NCBI GenBank assembly: GCA_028023455.1
Contig: JAQFVV010000009.1
Span: 11,346,001-11,410,000, forward strand
Length of the DNA: 64,000 nt
From: Epiperipatus broadwayi
Taxonomy: Eukaryota > Animalia > Onychophora
Direction of reading: 5' to 3'
The notes below the pieces were generated by a model. It saw nothing but the letters and a program-made list of their open reading frames with translations, searched no databases and was not told the DNA's origin. Shown one piece after another: positions 31,864 to 51,200 of the stretch (position 1 is its first letter; every line of letters starts with the position of its first letter). Made by a program: the position numbers and the translations under genes.

Positions 31864-34684
31864 GTAAGGATTTTAGTAAGACTAGAAAAAATGCCATGAA
31901 ATTGAAAAATAATATTACTTCATTTTATATATTGTTCTTAATACTTTACTAATATTTAAAGTTTTTTTCTAATATTATTTATAACATAATGTTCTTTAAC
32001 TCCTCTCAGTGATTTATATCAGTGATGAGAGAAACAGATTAAAGTGCATACAGATTCTGTATGAATCCCATCTGAGGAGAAAAAACAGGTAGACTAATTG
32101 AAATGAAATTCTGTGTTCAAAATCTCTCAACTTTTTCAGTTCAAGCAATTTTGAATAATTTTTTTAATGTGGAAGAAACTAAGAAAATTTTAGTTTTCAT
32201 TTTATGGGCTATTTGCAAATCAATTTATTATATTAATATTAACAAGTCTGTAAAGAATGTTACTTTGTTTTATGTTCTTCTCTTAATATTTTACTTTTTA
32301 AATTAAAATATATATTTAATTTACTAATATTTAAAACTTTTTGTAATAGTATTTATATCACAATCTTATTCTTATTCATCAAAGAAATTGGCATTGATAT
32401 AAGAATAGTTGGACATTATTTGCAAGTTTATTTGATTCTTTAGGATCTGGTTTGTGTATTATCATAGTAACATTTTCAGATTTGATTGTCTGTGAATAGA
32501 TTTATCTATTTTATATTTATAAGAGAATTAAGATTAAGGAGATCCTTGACATGAAGCTTTAAAAAAAATTATTTTTCAGGAAATAAGGTAAATCTTTAAA
32601 GTGAAATGATCATGAAATGCTTATTATATTTCTAATAAAAATTAATTTGACTGTTTGTGTTGTTCAATCATTTTATAGTTTTATATCTTATTTAGAGAAT
32701 CACAAGTGTTATTTTTAGCTTGTTTCATTCCTTAATTATGGTTTATTGATAATAAATAAAATATAAGTAAAAAACGTTTATATAAACCAGTTAACGTGAC
32801 TGAAGACAAATTTATAATATTATTGCATTTTAGAAGAACAACTTTTGACTAAGGTAGTTCAATATTCCAAGTATTAAAAATCATTGAATTATAACTAATA
32901 ATGATAATAATAATAATAATTATGATAACGAATAATAAAAAATAATTAATATTAGTAAAAATATAATTCTAGTTTATACATTACATTAACTAATAATGTG
33001 CAAATTATAATTAGTTATTAGCCATACAATTATACTATTGAAATTATAATGTTGATATGCAATAGTTAACTTGAGAAAAGACTAATTTCCATTATTACTT
33101 CAATTTATTGTAATATATTTTAACTAATATTGGTAAGAATTCTACATGATAACATAACTAGTTATAATCAAATAAATATTATTTTTAATATATTGAGACC
33201 ATTATGTGTCTCATGGCATAGAACAACATAGTAGTCTGTCTGCATATATATATATAAAGTTGAAAGGAAAAGTAGAAATAACCACAAACAAAATTTTTTG
33301 TAGATATCTTTTATATTACACCAGAATAACAGTTAAGGATTAAAATTATTATAAATTATTTTTAATCAAACATTTAAAAAGGTCTAATTAACATTTTATT
33401 AATTCTAATTTTGAAATTAAAACATGTGTGTTTTATACTACAATAGATATACTGGTAATTATAAAATTCCACTATTTATTTTGATTTAAAAAAACATTTT
33501 GATTAAATCTTGTATAACATATTTTGATAAAAATCCTACAAAATTGTTTTTGAAAAGATTAATGTGAATTAAAAAGTCATTAACTTTTTTCAATTAAGAG
33601 AAAGAAACTTATTTTTAATTACTAAGTTTTTTTAAAATTCCACCTGGACTGTAAAAAAGTTGGAAAAAAAGATTACAAGGGAGATTATGACAATTTTACA
33701 GTAGTAGAGTTATTATAAAGATATAGCTAAGGGCAAAATAGTGCAAGGCAGTTGCTTCTAGTGTCACAACAATAGAGTATGGATTTACATGGAAGTAAAA
33801 AATATTTTCTGTGTTCTCCATAGTCCATATTGTGTACTAGATGCTTATGCATGAAGTCTACTAAATTCTAGACTAAATGGATCTGATTGAATGTCAACAG
33901 TTACCAGATTATATCTTTCCTGAAAATGATGAGCCAGTCTGCATATACTGTTTTATCTATATGCAGATAAGCACAGATAAAGGTATTGCATTGTATATAT
34001 ATATATAAAGTACAGCTGGTGAATAGAGTGTGATACATATATTGAGAATATTATTTTAAATAATTTCTTGAAAATGACAGTTAAACTCTAATTTAAAAGT
34101 AAAACAAGTAAATAATTTTTGCTTGAATTATAAGTCTAAAACAAAGGATTGATTGGTAAACAATTTTATGTTGTTTTCTATTCCCTCATGTCAGCCACAT
34201 GTTGGTGCTATTTCTAGGTCAATTCCTAGAAATGTACTGTTTCAGTGGCCTACATTCAACCTAAGAGGCTTTTTTATGATAAAACAAAGAAAGAGTCCTC
34301 GCAGTGGCCTCAGCCAACCTAAGAGGCTTCTTTCTATGATAAAACTCAGAAAGAATCCCCACCAGCTGAGCCAGTCTGGCTTTTTTTATGCTAAAAGCAC
34401 AGACAAATAGCCTTATTGGCTGCTGTAGTTGGTTGTGTTATTAAATTTATCATAATCCTAGAATGTCTATTTTCTCTATACTTTCATGTGAGAGAGTGTG
34501 GATTTTAGCCTGTCATAATTATTTAAAATTTCATGACAAAGGTTTTTTTCAAGTGCTCTAACCAACTGTTGGGTAACCCCCAATAATGCTTTTAAGGGTG
34601 CAGTAGAGCAGTATTTTGACAATCATGTGAAAAGTAACATTTTCACGAGAATTTGCTCATGACAAATTACTTTTGATATATATG

Positions 34685-35200
34685 CACAAACAAAAACAAC
34701 CTAGTATCTGATTATTAATTACTGTCCAAAAAAGAAAATTCGTCGGGTATTATTTTTACATTTACTATTTAAATAAGATTAGTTTTTATAAGTACACACA
34801 TTAACAAAAACAACCCAGTTTCTGATTAATTACTGTCCAAAAAAAGAAAAGCAAACTAGTCGAGTTTGATTTTTAAATGTAGTATTTGAATTATGGTACT
34901 TTTCATATATATACACAATAACAAAAAGAATCCACTTTCTGATTAATGACTGTCCAAAAAATGCAAATTAGTCGGCTATTATTTTTAAATTTAGTATTTA
35001 ATGGTACTTTTTTATATATACACACTAACAAAAAGAACCCCCTTTCTGATTCATTATTGTCAAAAAAAAGCAAATTAGTCAGATATCATTTTTCAATTGA
35101 GTATTTCAGTGACGGTCCTTTTAACAAAAAGAACCCACTTTCTCAATTACTGTCTAAAAACAGCAAATTAGTTGGGTATCATTTGAAAATTGAGTGTGAA
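34685..35200 (+). repeat. ~110-bp tandem repeat array (about 5 units), left arm of the TIR element
   Basis: Recurring AACAAAAAGAACCCACTTTCTGATTAATTACTGTCCAAAAAA..ATTAGTCGGGTATCATTTTTAAATT. Confidence 0.85.
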
Positions 35201-37159
35201 TTTTTAAATGTTGTGGGTAAATTGAATAATTTAGAATTGCATCTTATTTTCTATTCAAAAAAAAACCGAAACTTTTTATATATTGAACCAACCTCCTCTG
35301 AACAACAATTAAACAAAATGACTAACTACTACTTACTACTACTATTTCATATTTAACACTTTCTACTTTCACTTCTCTTAACACTATAAAATTTAAAATT
35401 TATACTTAAACTTATGGGAAACAACAAACACATACCATCGACAAATAAAATATTAACTAATATTTTTTTATATCTTGTCCTCCTAAATTTCCCTTTCAGA
35501 AAAATGGTTGGTTTTCAGATAAAGTGTCAAATATTATCAATAGCGAACTATCAATAACATTCAACACTCGACTACCAAATATACACCGATCAAATAAACA
35601 CTTTATTATTATTTTTAAAGAAGAAAGAAAAATCCCTTAGGCACCAGCTAATTACATTAGAATTAGCATGTTTATCTGATCAGCACAACTTGGTATCTGA
35701 AAATCCCTGCTAGCTCAACCGGTTCCAACCACCCACTAAATAGACAAAACAAAAGGTATATCTTAAACGCTGCCTCTTCTAAGCTCTACTATTTTTTAAA
35801 AAAAAAAACTAAAATAGTTTTCACCTAACCATTCTAAATAATACTTCAATCCTTTAAAACTATTAATACAACATTATACTGAATGCCAAAACATTTATAG
35901 ATTTAAATTAGCGAATCTTTTCTAAAATACTATTATTAATGATTAGATTTTTCCCCTCCTACTCTTATTAATAAAATAAATATTTATACTTACCCACACA
36001 TATCAGAAATAAACATAAATGTTTTAAGAAAAATAATTTAAGTGTTTTTATATTATTTTAAAAAATAAATAAATCGTTTTATCTTATAATGAGACACACA
36101 CACTTCTTTTTTTAAGTTTAAAATAAGCATTTTAATATATTACCTTAGCAAATAAATTATACACGTTACATCATATTTTATTTTATCTTTTTTTTTAAGT
36201 TTAAAAAAAATCAAATTACACATACATGCATGCCATTGTTTCAAAAAATATCATTTAATAGAAGCTGCTTTTACTTATTTTATTATCACAAAATATTATC
36301 TTTTGAATTTTAAAGTTTATTCTTTTTTAAGTTTAATTCAAAAAGTTCAAAAGTTCTTTCAATAAAGTCTATCTTTATTTCAAGAAGAAATCGGAAATAT
36401 TTAGATATCAAAGTCAAATAGTTACCTAGGTTTTTATATACGACGGAAATAGTATAATGGAATTATTTTTTAATTCATCGACATCCAGTTAAATTGTTTC
36501 CTACATAGATCCTGTGATTTGGTATGATTTCCGTGGCTGGTTTGGCATTCTCACACTCCGCTGTCCATTTAGTCTATTTCAACATGATTACTTTCTGAAC
36601 TAATCGCAGATCTTAGATACATAGAGAGCGGCTTTCGGTCAACTGCAAATATGTTGGTTTTAACAATGCAACATTTTTGGAAATATTATTTCAAGAAATA
36701 TTTTATTAAAATGAAAAAGTCAGAACGAGAATGAACAAAAGTTGAGCTATTTATACTGTTTTAAACAATGGAAAACTTTATTAGCAGCAGCGTTCTTCGT
36801 TTTATGAAATAAAATCAGCTTCTGGCATCTACTTTTTATTAAAAATTGCATACACACACGCACATATATTTATTTATTTTATTATAAAATAAAACGAAAT
36901 CTTTTTATTATTTTATTAAAAATTCATTTAAAGAATATTAAATCATTTATTTATTACAAGATTTTTTTTCTTTTTTTAAACAAAAAAAAATATTATTTTA
37001 AACAGCATTTACAGTTTATTTTTCTTAGGAACAAAATCCCCCCCCCCCGGCTTTTTAGTTTTTACATTTTATTCTCTTAATTTTAAACTTTTATATTTTT
37101 AAAACATGGGACTCATACAATTACTTTAATATCAATGTACTTTGGTACAATATATACAC

Positions 37160-37630
37160 ACAAAGAAAATGAAACCCACTTTCTGATTAATTACTGTCAA
37201 TACAAAAAAAAGTTATTCAGGTATCATCTTTAAATTTAGCATTTAAATAATATTACAGCTTTTGATATCTACACACTAACAAAAACAATCCACTTTCTGA
37301 TTCATTACTGTCCAAAAAAAAAAAGAATTGCAAAATAGTTTGGTATCATTTTTAAATGTATTTAAAGAATGGTACTTTTTTATACGTACGCACTAACAAA
37401 AAGAACCCACTGTCAAAAAAAAGAAAAAAGCAAATTACTTGGGTATCACTTTTAAATTTAGCATGAATGTAGAAATTTCGTGTAAACTGAAAAATGTATA
37501 GTTGCATATTATTTTCTATTAAAAAAATACCGTAACTTCTTATAGATATACACACAAATGAAAACAACCCATTTTATGATTAATTACTGTCCAAAAAACA
37601 TCAATTATTCGGGTATCATTTTTAAATTTA
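37160..37630 (+). repeat. Same ~110-bp repeat array (4-5 units), right arm, direct orientation
   Basis: Same unit as 34685-35200. Confidence 0.85.
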
Positions 37631-40600
37631 ATGTGAATTTCTAAAATTTTTGTTTTTTAAATAATAATATTATTTACTATTAGTTCCTCTAATTTCCTAT
37701 TACAAAACTAAAAAAGCCGATATTTATATAGATAGAATCACAGGCCCAGTCCAGAATCGTAATACATATGTGTTTTTGATTAGCTTCAATGCCATCAAAT
37801 GGCTGACATGAGGGAATAGAAAACAACCCAATTTTATTTTGAAATTTTTTTTAAAAAAGAAAAAACTCATAAAATCGTATTGTAAATAAAGAAACAAAAA
37901 GTCAAATTTTTTTTTTTAAGAAAAGAACTTTCCAAACTAAATCTCATGATATTTTCTTTTAAAAAAGAAACTTTTTTTAACATAAAAATAATGAATTACT
38001 TAATAAATTTGATTCTTACTATCTATTTTATATATATATATACACACATATGTGTGCATTTATGTATTATTAAAAATGAATTGAATTTTTTATAAGTCAA
38101 TGACAATTAGAACATGTTAATTTTTAAATTATTGTACAGCACATCTGAGTGCTTATATATAGGAGTGCTTTATTAAACCAATTATGAGGTATTTGTAAAC
38201 CACAATATGATAGCTTATTGTATTAATCAAAATCAGAATGTGCATTTATATTTATAGCATACTCATGAGACCTCAATTTCATTTTAATTGTTATTAATAC
38301 ATTGATATTTCATTGTTAAAGCTGTTCCAGTGAATTTTATTTAATCCTAAAATATTATAAATTATTATATGTTGTATGACATCTCTTGAGCTTTTGCTAA
38401 CAGCTGGATTCATGCATAATGTTCTGTTATATAAAAGGGGGTTATATTTAGTGTTTATGGATATGTAATTAATATTGATTTCATTACTTGTGTAATGTTG
38501 GATGGTGCAAAGGGGATATCCTTTAAAGTTCATGCACTATATTTCATTTTAATTATTTATTTAAAAATTAAGTATATAGTTGGTCAATATATTAATGATA
38601 CTAAGTGGCTAGAGTACTGATGATGATCAGCATGTTTTAGTATCTCAGCATTATTTGACTTATTTTTGTATTTTGATGGAGTAGCACCTAAGTGTGTGTA
38701 TTCAGATAATTATTGTTTGTATTCCTGCCCTATGATTGGCAAGGGCTAAATAATTATTCTGATCTATAATAAATCCATTTCAAATTCAGTCACAAGGTTG
38801 ACTGTTGATTCATTTTTATTGTTTTATCATTCATGATGATGAATAATTATTACTTTTGTGTAATGCTGGTGAACTTATAGTTAACATAGTTAGTTCTGTG
38901 TTGATCTCATGCTCCTAATTGCATTCATTATCATTCCTCTGGTATTTAATTTTATATTTTGTTTATTTGGGGATAATGGTGGTTTCCAATATCTTCATAA
39001 TTCAGCCCTAATATGGTGTATTGTTACAATATATATAGCACCATATTTAAAACTCTTTATGCACTCAATATAATGTAATTTTGTTTTTATTTTTTCAATC
39101 CAGCTGAGAGTTTTAACTGTTTAATGATTTATTGCTAAGATATCAGTAAATAATTATTTATAATCAATATTTAAATTTAAGAACATTATAGTTATTCTTA
39201 GAGCTTTCATGCCTCAGTTTAGCATGTCTGAGATCTTTCTGTTTCCAACTATTAACTATAAAATTTTTATTGAGGTAACCATTTTTTCCCTTAGAATCAC
39301 ACCCAGAATTTTGCTAAACCATGTAAAATTCTGCAGTGTGAAAGCCACTTTTACTATATATATTTTTATCAGTAAGGCTTATAAAAGAGAAGTTTAAATT
39401 CTGATGCATTCATTTTTGACAATATCATGTTGCAAACATGTTAAAGATTATTAATATAATTTTTAATGATATGAATTATTTAATTTTTAGTCCACATATA
39501 AACTTTAAATTCAATTAAAGATTAATACATCAAATATTAAATCCCAGCAGGATTGTTATTCATTTAACTCTTCTCCCCTTTTCAACTCATGTGTAGTGTA
39601 TTCAGTATTCAATAAAATTTACAAACTCTATACATTCATTGAAATATGGATAAAGTTATATAAAAAAGAATGCATTTTGAGAAATTATTTGTTTGATTGA
39701 TTGTTTTTCATATATCTTTATTTATATATTTTTACATATTTTTTGATGATCTGGCATTGATGTATTGGCAAAGGCACTCTAAATGGGAAATGGCAGATAG
39801 TGTTACTTTATAAATGAGTGGAAATTGGATTTATTAATTGCAGTCACATGATCAGTTGTGGCACTTTATGTAGAAAGTCTTTCACAATTACATGTATGAT
39901 TTTGATTTTAGTAATTAGTTAGTTGGAGTATTTGACAAGCATAATAAATTTGAGAAATATTTTGTAGTTTATATCATTTACCCAATGAGCTCTTTTTTCA
40001 CAAATAGTGTGTATATTGAGATATTTAAAAGTTTAATTGCAGAACCAAAAGTATTAATTAGAGTCATGCTTCTCAGCATCTTCTATTCTAACTAAATTTA
40101 AAAGAGAAATGGATATTATATTTGTTCTAAAAAGTTGTTCACAATTCCTACTATTAAATCTACCATTAAGATTGCATTGTTGATATAGACAGACTCATTA
40201 TTGTTTTTTGAATAGAAAATTTATATATTGACCAGATTAGGAATGATGAAAACCTTTGTGCTAATCTTGCTTTGATTTGAAAGCTAGTGAAATTTCTAGG
40301 ATATTTTTAACAGGCAGATCAAAGGCTTTCTAAAATTTTAAATGGGAGTTAGAAAAGAGTTCTAGTTTCATTAATATGCTTCATGATCTCATGCAAGAAA
40401 AGTGAGGCATTCATTTGGCAAGGCAAATTATATGGGCTAGAAATTAGAATGATTTAATCAGACTTCTATAAATTTGATTGAAAGTCTGATAAACAAAATG
40501 ATTACTATAATTCATTTTTCATATGTTAAGAGGCTATTGTACCTCTTTACAAGAAAAGGTTAATTACAATTTTGAGGTTGCTGAATTGAACTTTTGGATT

Positions 40601-43600
40601 TGCAAATCTGTCATTGGCAATAAACATGAACATTACTATTTTGCTTGAATGGGTTCACAAATTCCACATCATTTCACATAACTAGGTCAATATTTTTTCT
40701 GAATAATTTACAATTGTAAAGTCAACTTAATCACCTATCAATGAAAGTGTTATTGCTTAGTATAATTTATGGTTATGAATATCTTATTAGATGATCTAAT
40801 GATATTTTTTGATTGTGATCATTTTCTTGCATTTTATTTATTTGAACATCATATCATTTGGATAGTACTGGTAAATGATAAAATATTGAATAGTTTATTG
40901 CTTATGAGTTTATAAGAAGTAATGAAGTTATAGCCACAATCCATGAACTTTGAATTCCAGAGTTCACCTCTCTATCACTCCATCACATTACTAATGCCCT
41001 TTTTTTTAGATTGAGTGAAAATATTGTTCAGCTTATCTTAAATGCTCCTCTTCAACTTTTTAATAAGTGAAAGAGAAATATCTTCCTCTTATGTATTAAT
41101 ATTTTTGCATATGTGTATTGTAGTTATCCAATCTTTGATAAAATAAAATTCTGCATTCATAGTTTAATTGTAAATTCAGAGTTTTTTAAGCTTCATTCTT
41201 AATCCAGTATACATATTCTCATGATATTGAAAGAAAATCATTATGTGGTCTTTGATATAGATATTGTCTGTGCACTGATAAAGGATAATGGAAATACATT
41301 GAGGATTTGGTTGATAAATCTGTTGCTGTTGGAAAAGAAATAATTATTCATTGCCATGTGGATTGTATTTTGCATCAGTATAGAATTTGGTAAGATGGGC
41401 AAGAAACTTCAAAAATGAAATTAAAATTCTCTTTATGATTCATAATCTTAGTCTCAGCAATCTATCACATTTTAATTTTTATCAGCTAAATAAATTATAG
41501 TATCAAAGAATAGGAATACCAATTGAAAAAGAAAATTGAAAATAATAATTGGTTCATTGATAATTTTTCATCTGATCAGAACTGCTATACTCTCACTTAT
41601 AGGTTATTTGCATGCCAAATACATGTTTAATTTTTGAAGAAATATTTTATGTAATTATTAAATTTGGTTCCGATTTTTGAATATGATTTTTGATTTATAA
41701 TTTATTTTTATCTCTTTTCTTGTATAAATTTAGTCTTTTGACATCTCTAATTTCCATCACATAATGCTAAAAGTTTTTATTTCTAAAAGTTTTTTAGATT
41801 TTCTGTCTTGTCATTTCCCATCTGGAAAACTGTTTTGCAAAACATACTTTTATCTTGAGATGTTATTTGTTTAATTTTCTCACATGCATTTGCAACAATG
41901 GATATAAAACAATCTTCTTGACTGGTGACATAATTTTATCAATAGCATAGTGGACTTGCTTTAATGATTACACTTTTTTATGAGTCTATCTTTTATCATT
42001 TTTCATAGTACAGTATTTAGCTATTTATCACCACTGGCATTTCAAACTTATAAATGTCATTGACAATATTTATTTTTTCTGCATGCAAATCATTCTACTT
42101 TACTTCAGAATATTTATGAGCAAAGCACCAAGTTAGAATTTTTTAAGCTTCAAACACATATAACCTAAATTGCAAAGTAGTTACTCATTGCATATTTAGT
42201 GATCATAAAATCTTTTCCAAATGTCCAGTCAGTAGCATTTAAAATAGTCTACCTATCTTCCTTTGATAATGTTTGTGCTTGGAATTCTGTCAAACAGCAT
42301 AACCTATGGAATGTTTTCTATATTCTTTTAGATTCAATTTAAAGTTGAAACTATGTTGTTTACTCAACAGTTTGTTTTTTATAATTTCAGAGTAATATTA
42401 CTTTCTTTCAGTGCATGTGAAAACATCTGATAGTCATAGTTTATGGTGGGTAATTTTTTTTTTCACTAATAATAAGATTTGTGTTATAAGGGATGTTATA
42501 TATTCTCAGCTTGTTGGACAAAAGAATCTTTCATTCAGTTTTCCTACTGTTCTCAATCTATTTAAACACATATTACAGCTAAGAAGTTTTAGCATAAAGC
42601 AAGGATATAAAATCAACAGTTTCACCTAGATGAACTTTGTAATTAACATTATCCAATTTTGACAACCTTATAAATAGATTTTTTTAATTTCTGTAAGATT
42701 TTTTTCAATTTTTATATCAACAGAAAAGATAAAAAAAATGAGTGCAACCAGTTTTCTTTCACAGTAAAAACCTATTTCCAAATATGAATCAAATTTCACA
42801 AACATGTTTGATGTTAACGTTTGGAAAATTTGGAGCTTCTATCTTTTGATAATATTAATATAATTTTCTAAATTAGCATTTCTGAATAACTATTGGCAGA
42901 GATTCATTTGTTGAATTTATTGGAATTTTTTTTTTAATTTTAAACTTCTAATCATTTGAAGAAAATACATACTGTTTTTATTATTATTTTCTTTACTCTT
43001 ATTTTAAAAAGTTTTTTCATTAATGTTAATGAATTGCAGAACATCTAAATCATTAATTTGAGATTTATTGTTTTAATTTTTTTTTACTGTAATGATATTG
43101 GAATTACCAAGTTGTTAGGAGAAATTTTTAGTGCATTTCCCAAACTGCTTTAGCCGTTTAAAGCATTGTGGAGATTTGTGGAGCATTATATAATTTTTGC
43201 TTGTTCATTGATATTGATTGATTGACCAAGCTCTCTTGCCCCAAAAATTTGCTTTTGATATTGATCTTTTTTTATTTATATAAGTCACAAAATATATCAG
43301 TACTAAAACTATAGATATTTAACTTAACAAAAAAATACTAGAAATAATTATATAACTTAATTTCCTATGTCTGCAGAGTAGATAGCTATTCGGGATCTTT
43401 TTTGTGGAATATAGTGCTAATTTTGACTTTTGAAATTTTGGGGATAAAAATATAAAGATTATAATGAACCGGATGATTTCTAATCACATATTTTTTATCC
43501 ATTTTTTTGCTGATAATTTTTTTCTAGCAGGCACTGTAATATCTACTTATACAATTTATTTGTATATCATCTCATTTTTTCACTGTTCAACATTTATCGT

Positions 43601-43905
43601 CACTTTTTCTGTGTTTTATATATAATGTCTTTTTTTCCTTAATGCATATGTAGATGTCTGGCCAAAAGTCTTATGGTTATTTATTAATAAAGGAATAAAA
43701 TGAACATTTTATTAATTTGTTGCTTAGTTCAGTGTGATTCAACCATGGATTCACAGAATCTGGCAGGAAATTTTATAATAAGAAAATCATATTTTAAACT
43801 TGTAATTAATATAAACAGTTTTTATTTATTATTGCAATTGTTTAAATAATATTCATTATAAATAATTTTTTTATTAAAATTATTAGATAATACTACTATA
43901 ATTAC

Positions 43906-49200
<5,295 letters not shown>

Positions 49201-49499
49201 AGAGTTTAACTTCTTTTCCCTCTCTTAATATTCACAGTTTTCGTTTTTCCTTTAAAATATCCAAATGAACATACACATATTAAAAAAAAAAAAACATGTT
49301 TAAAAAAAAAAAATCTTGCAATAACTCATAAATACATTACGAATAAAGTAAAATATTTTCGTTTTTCCTTTAAAAATCCAAATAAACACACACACGTTAA
49401 AAAATCCTCATTTTATTGTGATTGTGCATATTATCTTTTGTTTATTGCTTATTATTTAATATTGTTGTGGTATTTCTTTTGTAAAATTTTAAATCCCAC

Positions 49500-51200
49500 A
49501 AAATGGAGACAAAAAAAATAAAACAGCAAGATCTTTAAACCATCTTTTTAAGAAGAGACAAAAATAATATTCAAGTGAAAGTAGTGATGATATTGAAAGT
49601 AAGCAAAGTACAGTGCTTCAAGTTTAGAAAAAAACAAAGAAACTGAAATATGTTGATATTTTGGAGTGTGCAGTACAAATAAAAAAAAAAGGTAAATTTT
49701 GTTAGACATTATGATAAGGAATAATTAAAACAGGGTTTCATTATTACTCCTGGCAGTGAACTATTGTCATGATCTTGTGTAGTATGTTCCAAATTCTGTC
49801 AAATGATGCTATGAAACCTTCCAAACTGTCTCATCATTTGCATTCAAAGCATGGAGATTTTGCTTATAAGTTACTGAATCTTTTTTGAAAGCTTATGTGA
49901 TCAGATGAAAATTCAGAAAAGTCAAATGAGTATGATGATGATCAGTAAGAAAGTACTGCTTTTAGTATCTTATTTAATTGCTTTTCAAATATGTAGATGA
50001 ATTACTAAAGCCTTATATTCTGGATTTCATACAAAAAATTTGGGGTCCTAGAGCCTGTGCTACTTTAGGATACCACTACTATGAGGAGAATTATTGATAT
50101 GGCCACTGATATTGAAGAACAAGTTGTAGAAAGTATAAAGAAATCAAAATGTTTTGCAATTTAACTTGATGAATCAACTAATATGAATATATCCTACTTT
50201 TCTTCATGAGATTTTTGTTGTTTTGGTTTATCTTTATAGACTACTAGCTCAGACATATTTAATGTTCTTGATGAGTATTTTCAAGTGCAAACCTTAGATT
50301 CTAGAAAATACTTAGGAATGTGCACAGACAGTGCTATTATCATGATTGGATATCACTCAGGTGTAGTTATGAAAATAATGAAAGTCACAGACTCAGAAGT
50401 TTTGTTCACTCACTTCATGATCCATCAGGAACATCTAGCTGCAAAAAAGCTCTTTGATAAATTACTTTGTAAGAACATGGACTCACAGCACCAACATCTT
50501 CTCCATGCAGAGTGTGAATTGGATAAAGAGAGGAAGTGTTATTTTGTGTCTCTTTGAACTGAGACAAGAAATAAAGCAGTTTCTGTGAGAATGAAAATCT
50601 ACCTTAATAAAACCTTTGTTGAATGGGTTGTTAAACATGCATACTTATTAATTATATTTTATTTTCTTAATGGATTTTATCTTTCTCTCCAGGGATCTTG
50701 TACAAATATTTTACACTGAAAAATGAAATGGAGGCATTCAGAAAAAAGCTCTGTTTTTGGGGGAGATAGTCACATACAAAAAAGCTATAGATATGTTTCC
50801 ATTTTTTGGAGAATTTTTGATGTTGCTGATGTCGATCAGAAAGTTAAATTCGACATATAAGTTGACATTTAAGGGAGTTAACTAAAAACTTATAATAATT
50901 ATTTTTCTGAAAATTAGGATCCTCATAAAGTTAACCTCTGGTTAATAATCATTTATTGGAAGATATAAAATCACATGCACTTAAACTTCATGAGAAAGAA
51001 AAGCTTATAAAATTGTCATCTGATGTCACTCTAATATCCAGACACAAAATACAATCATTGTCTCAATTTTAGTTATTACTTGAAAAATAATATTCATCTT
51101 TGAGTTATAAATCAATCAAATTATTGATATTTTTTTTGACCTTGTATTTATGTAAAAAAATATTTTCAAAGAAATAGACTGGATGTTAAAGCAGCACTTC
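49500..51200 (+). mobile_element. Decayed hAT Buster (ZBED5/SCAND3-like) transposase
   Basis: CVVCSKILSNDAMKPSKLSHHLHSKHG, LDEST, CTDSA and HFMIHQEHLAAK motifs, with many stops. Confidence 0.85.

Larger units (their letters stand above)
34170..37828. mobile_element. Non-autonomous TIR DNA transposon (MULE- or Merlin-like) with 9-bp TSD
   Basis: Perfect 28-bp inverted repeat GTTGTTTTCTATTCCCTCATGTCAGCCA at 34170-34197 and 37800-37827. TSD CAATTTTAT at 34161-34169 and 37829-37837 (one extra C at 37828). No transposase ORF is seen. Confidence 0.8.

Noticed and set aside
36500-36640. Small ORFs as tarsal-less/polished-rice peptides
   Set aside because: No LDPTG.Y motif and no repeated peptide similarity.
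34685-37630. Repeat arrays as CRISPR-like repeat-spacer structure
   Set aside because: The units are contiguous diverged tandem repeats without unique spacers, in a eukaryotic context.
38294-38533. ORF with YNPLL resembling a Helitron Rep motif
   Set aside because: It is a single short motif with no other Rep or helicase signatures nearby.
42262-42285. TTTGATAATGTT (FDNV) as the Cav1 domain III pore exon
   Set aside because: The flanking translation (FDNVCAWNSV) does not match Cav1, and there is no FEGWP motif or suitable splice context.
38900-43900. Long stretch of possibly ancient decayed TE sequence
   Set aside because: No recognisable protein motif, terminal repeat or TSD could be supported by eye.
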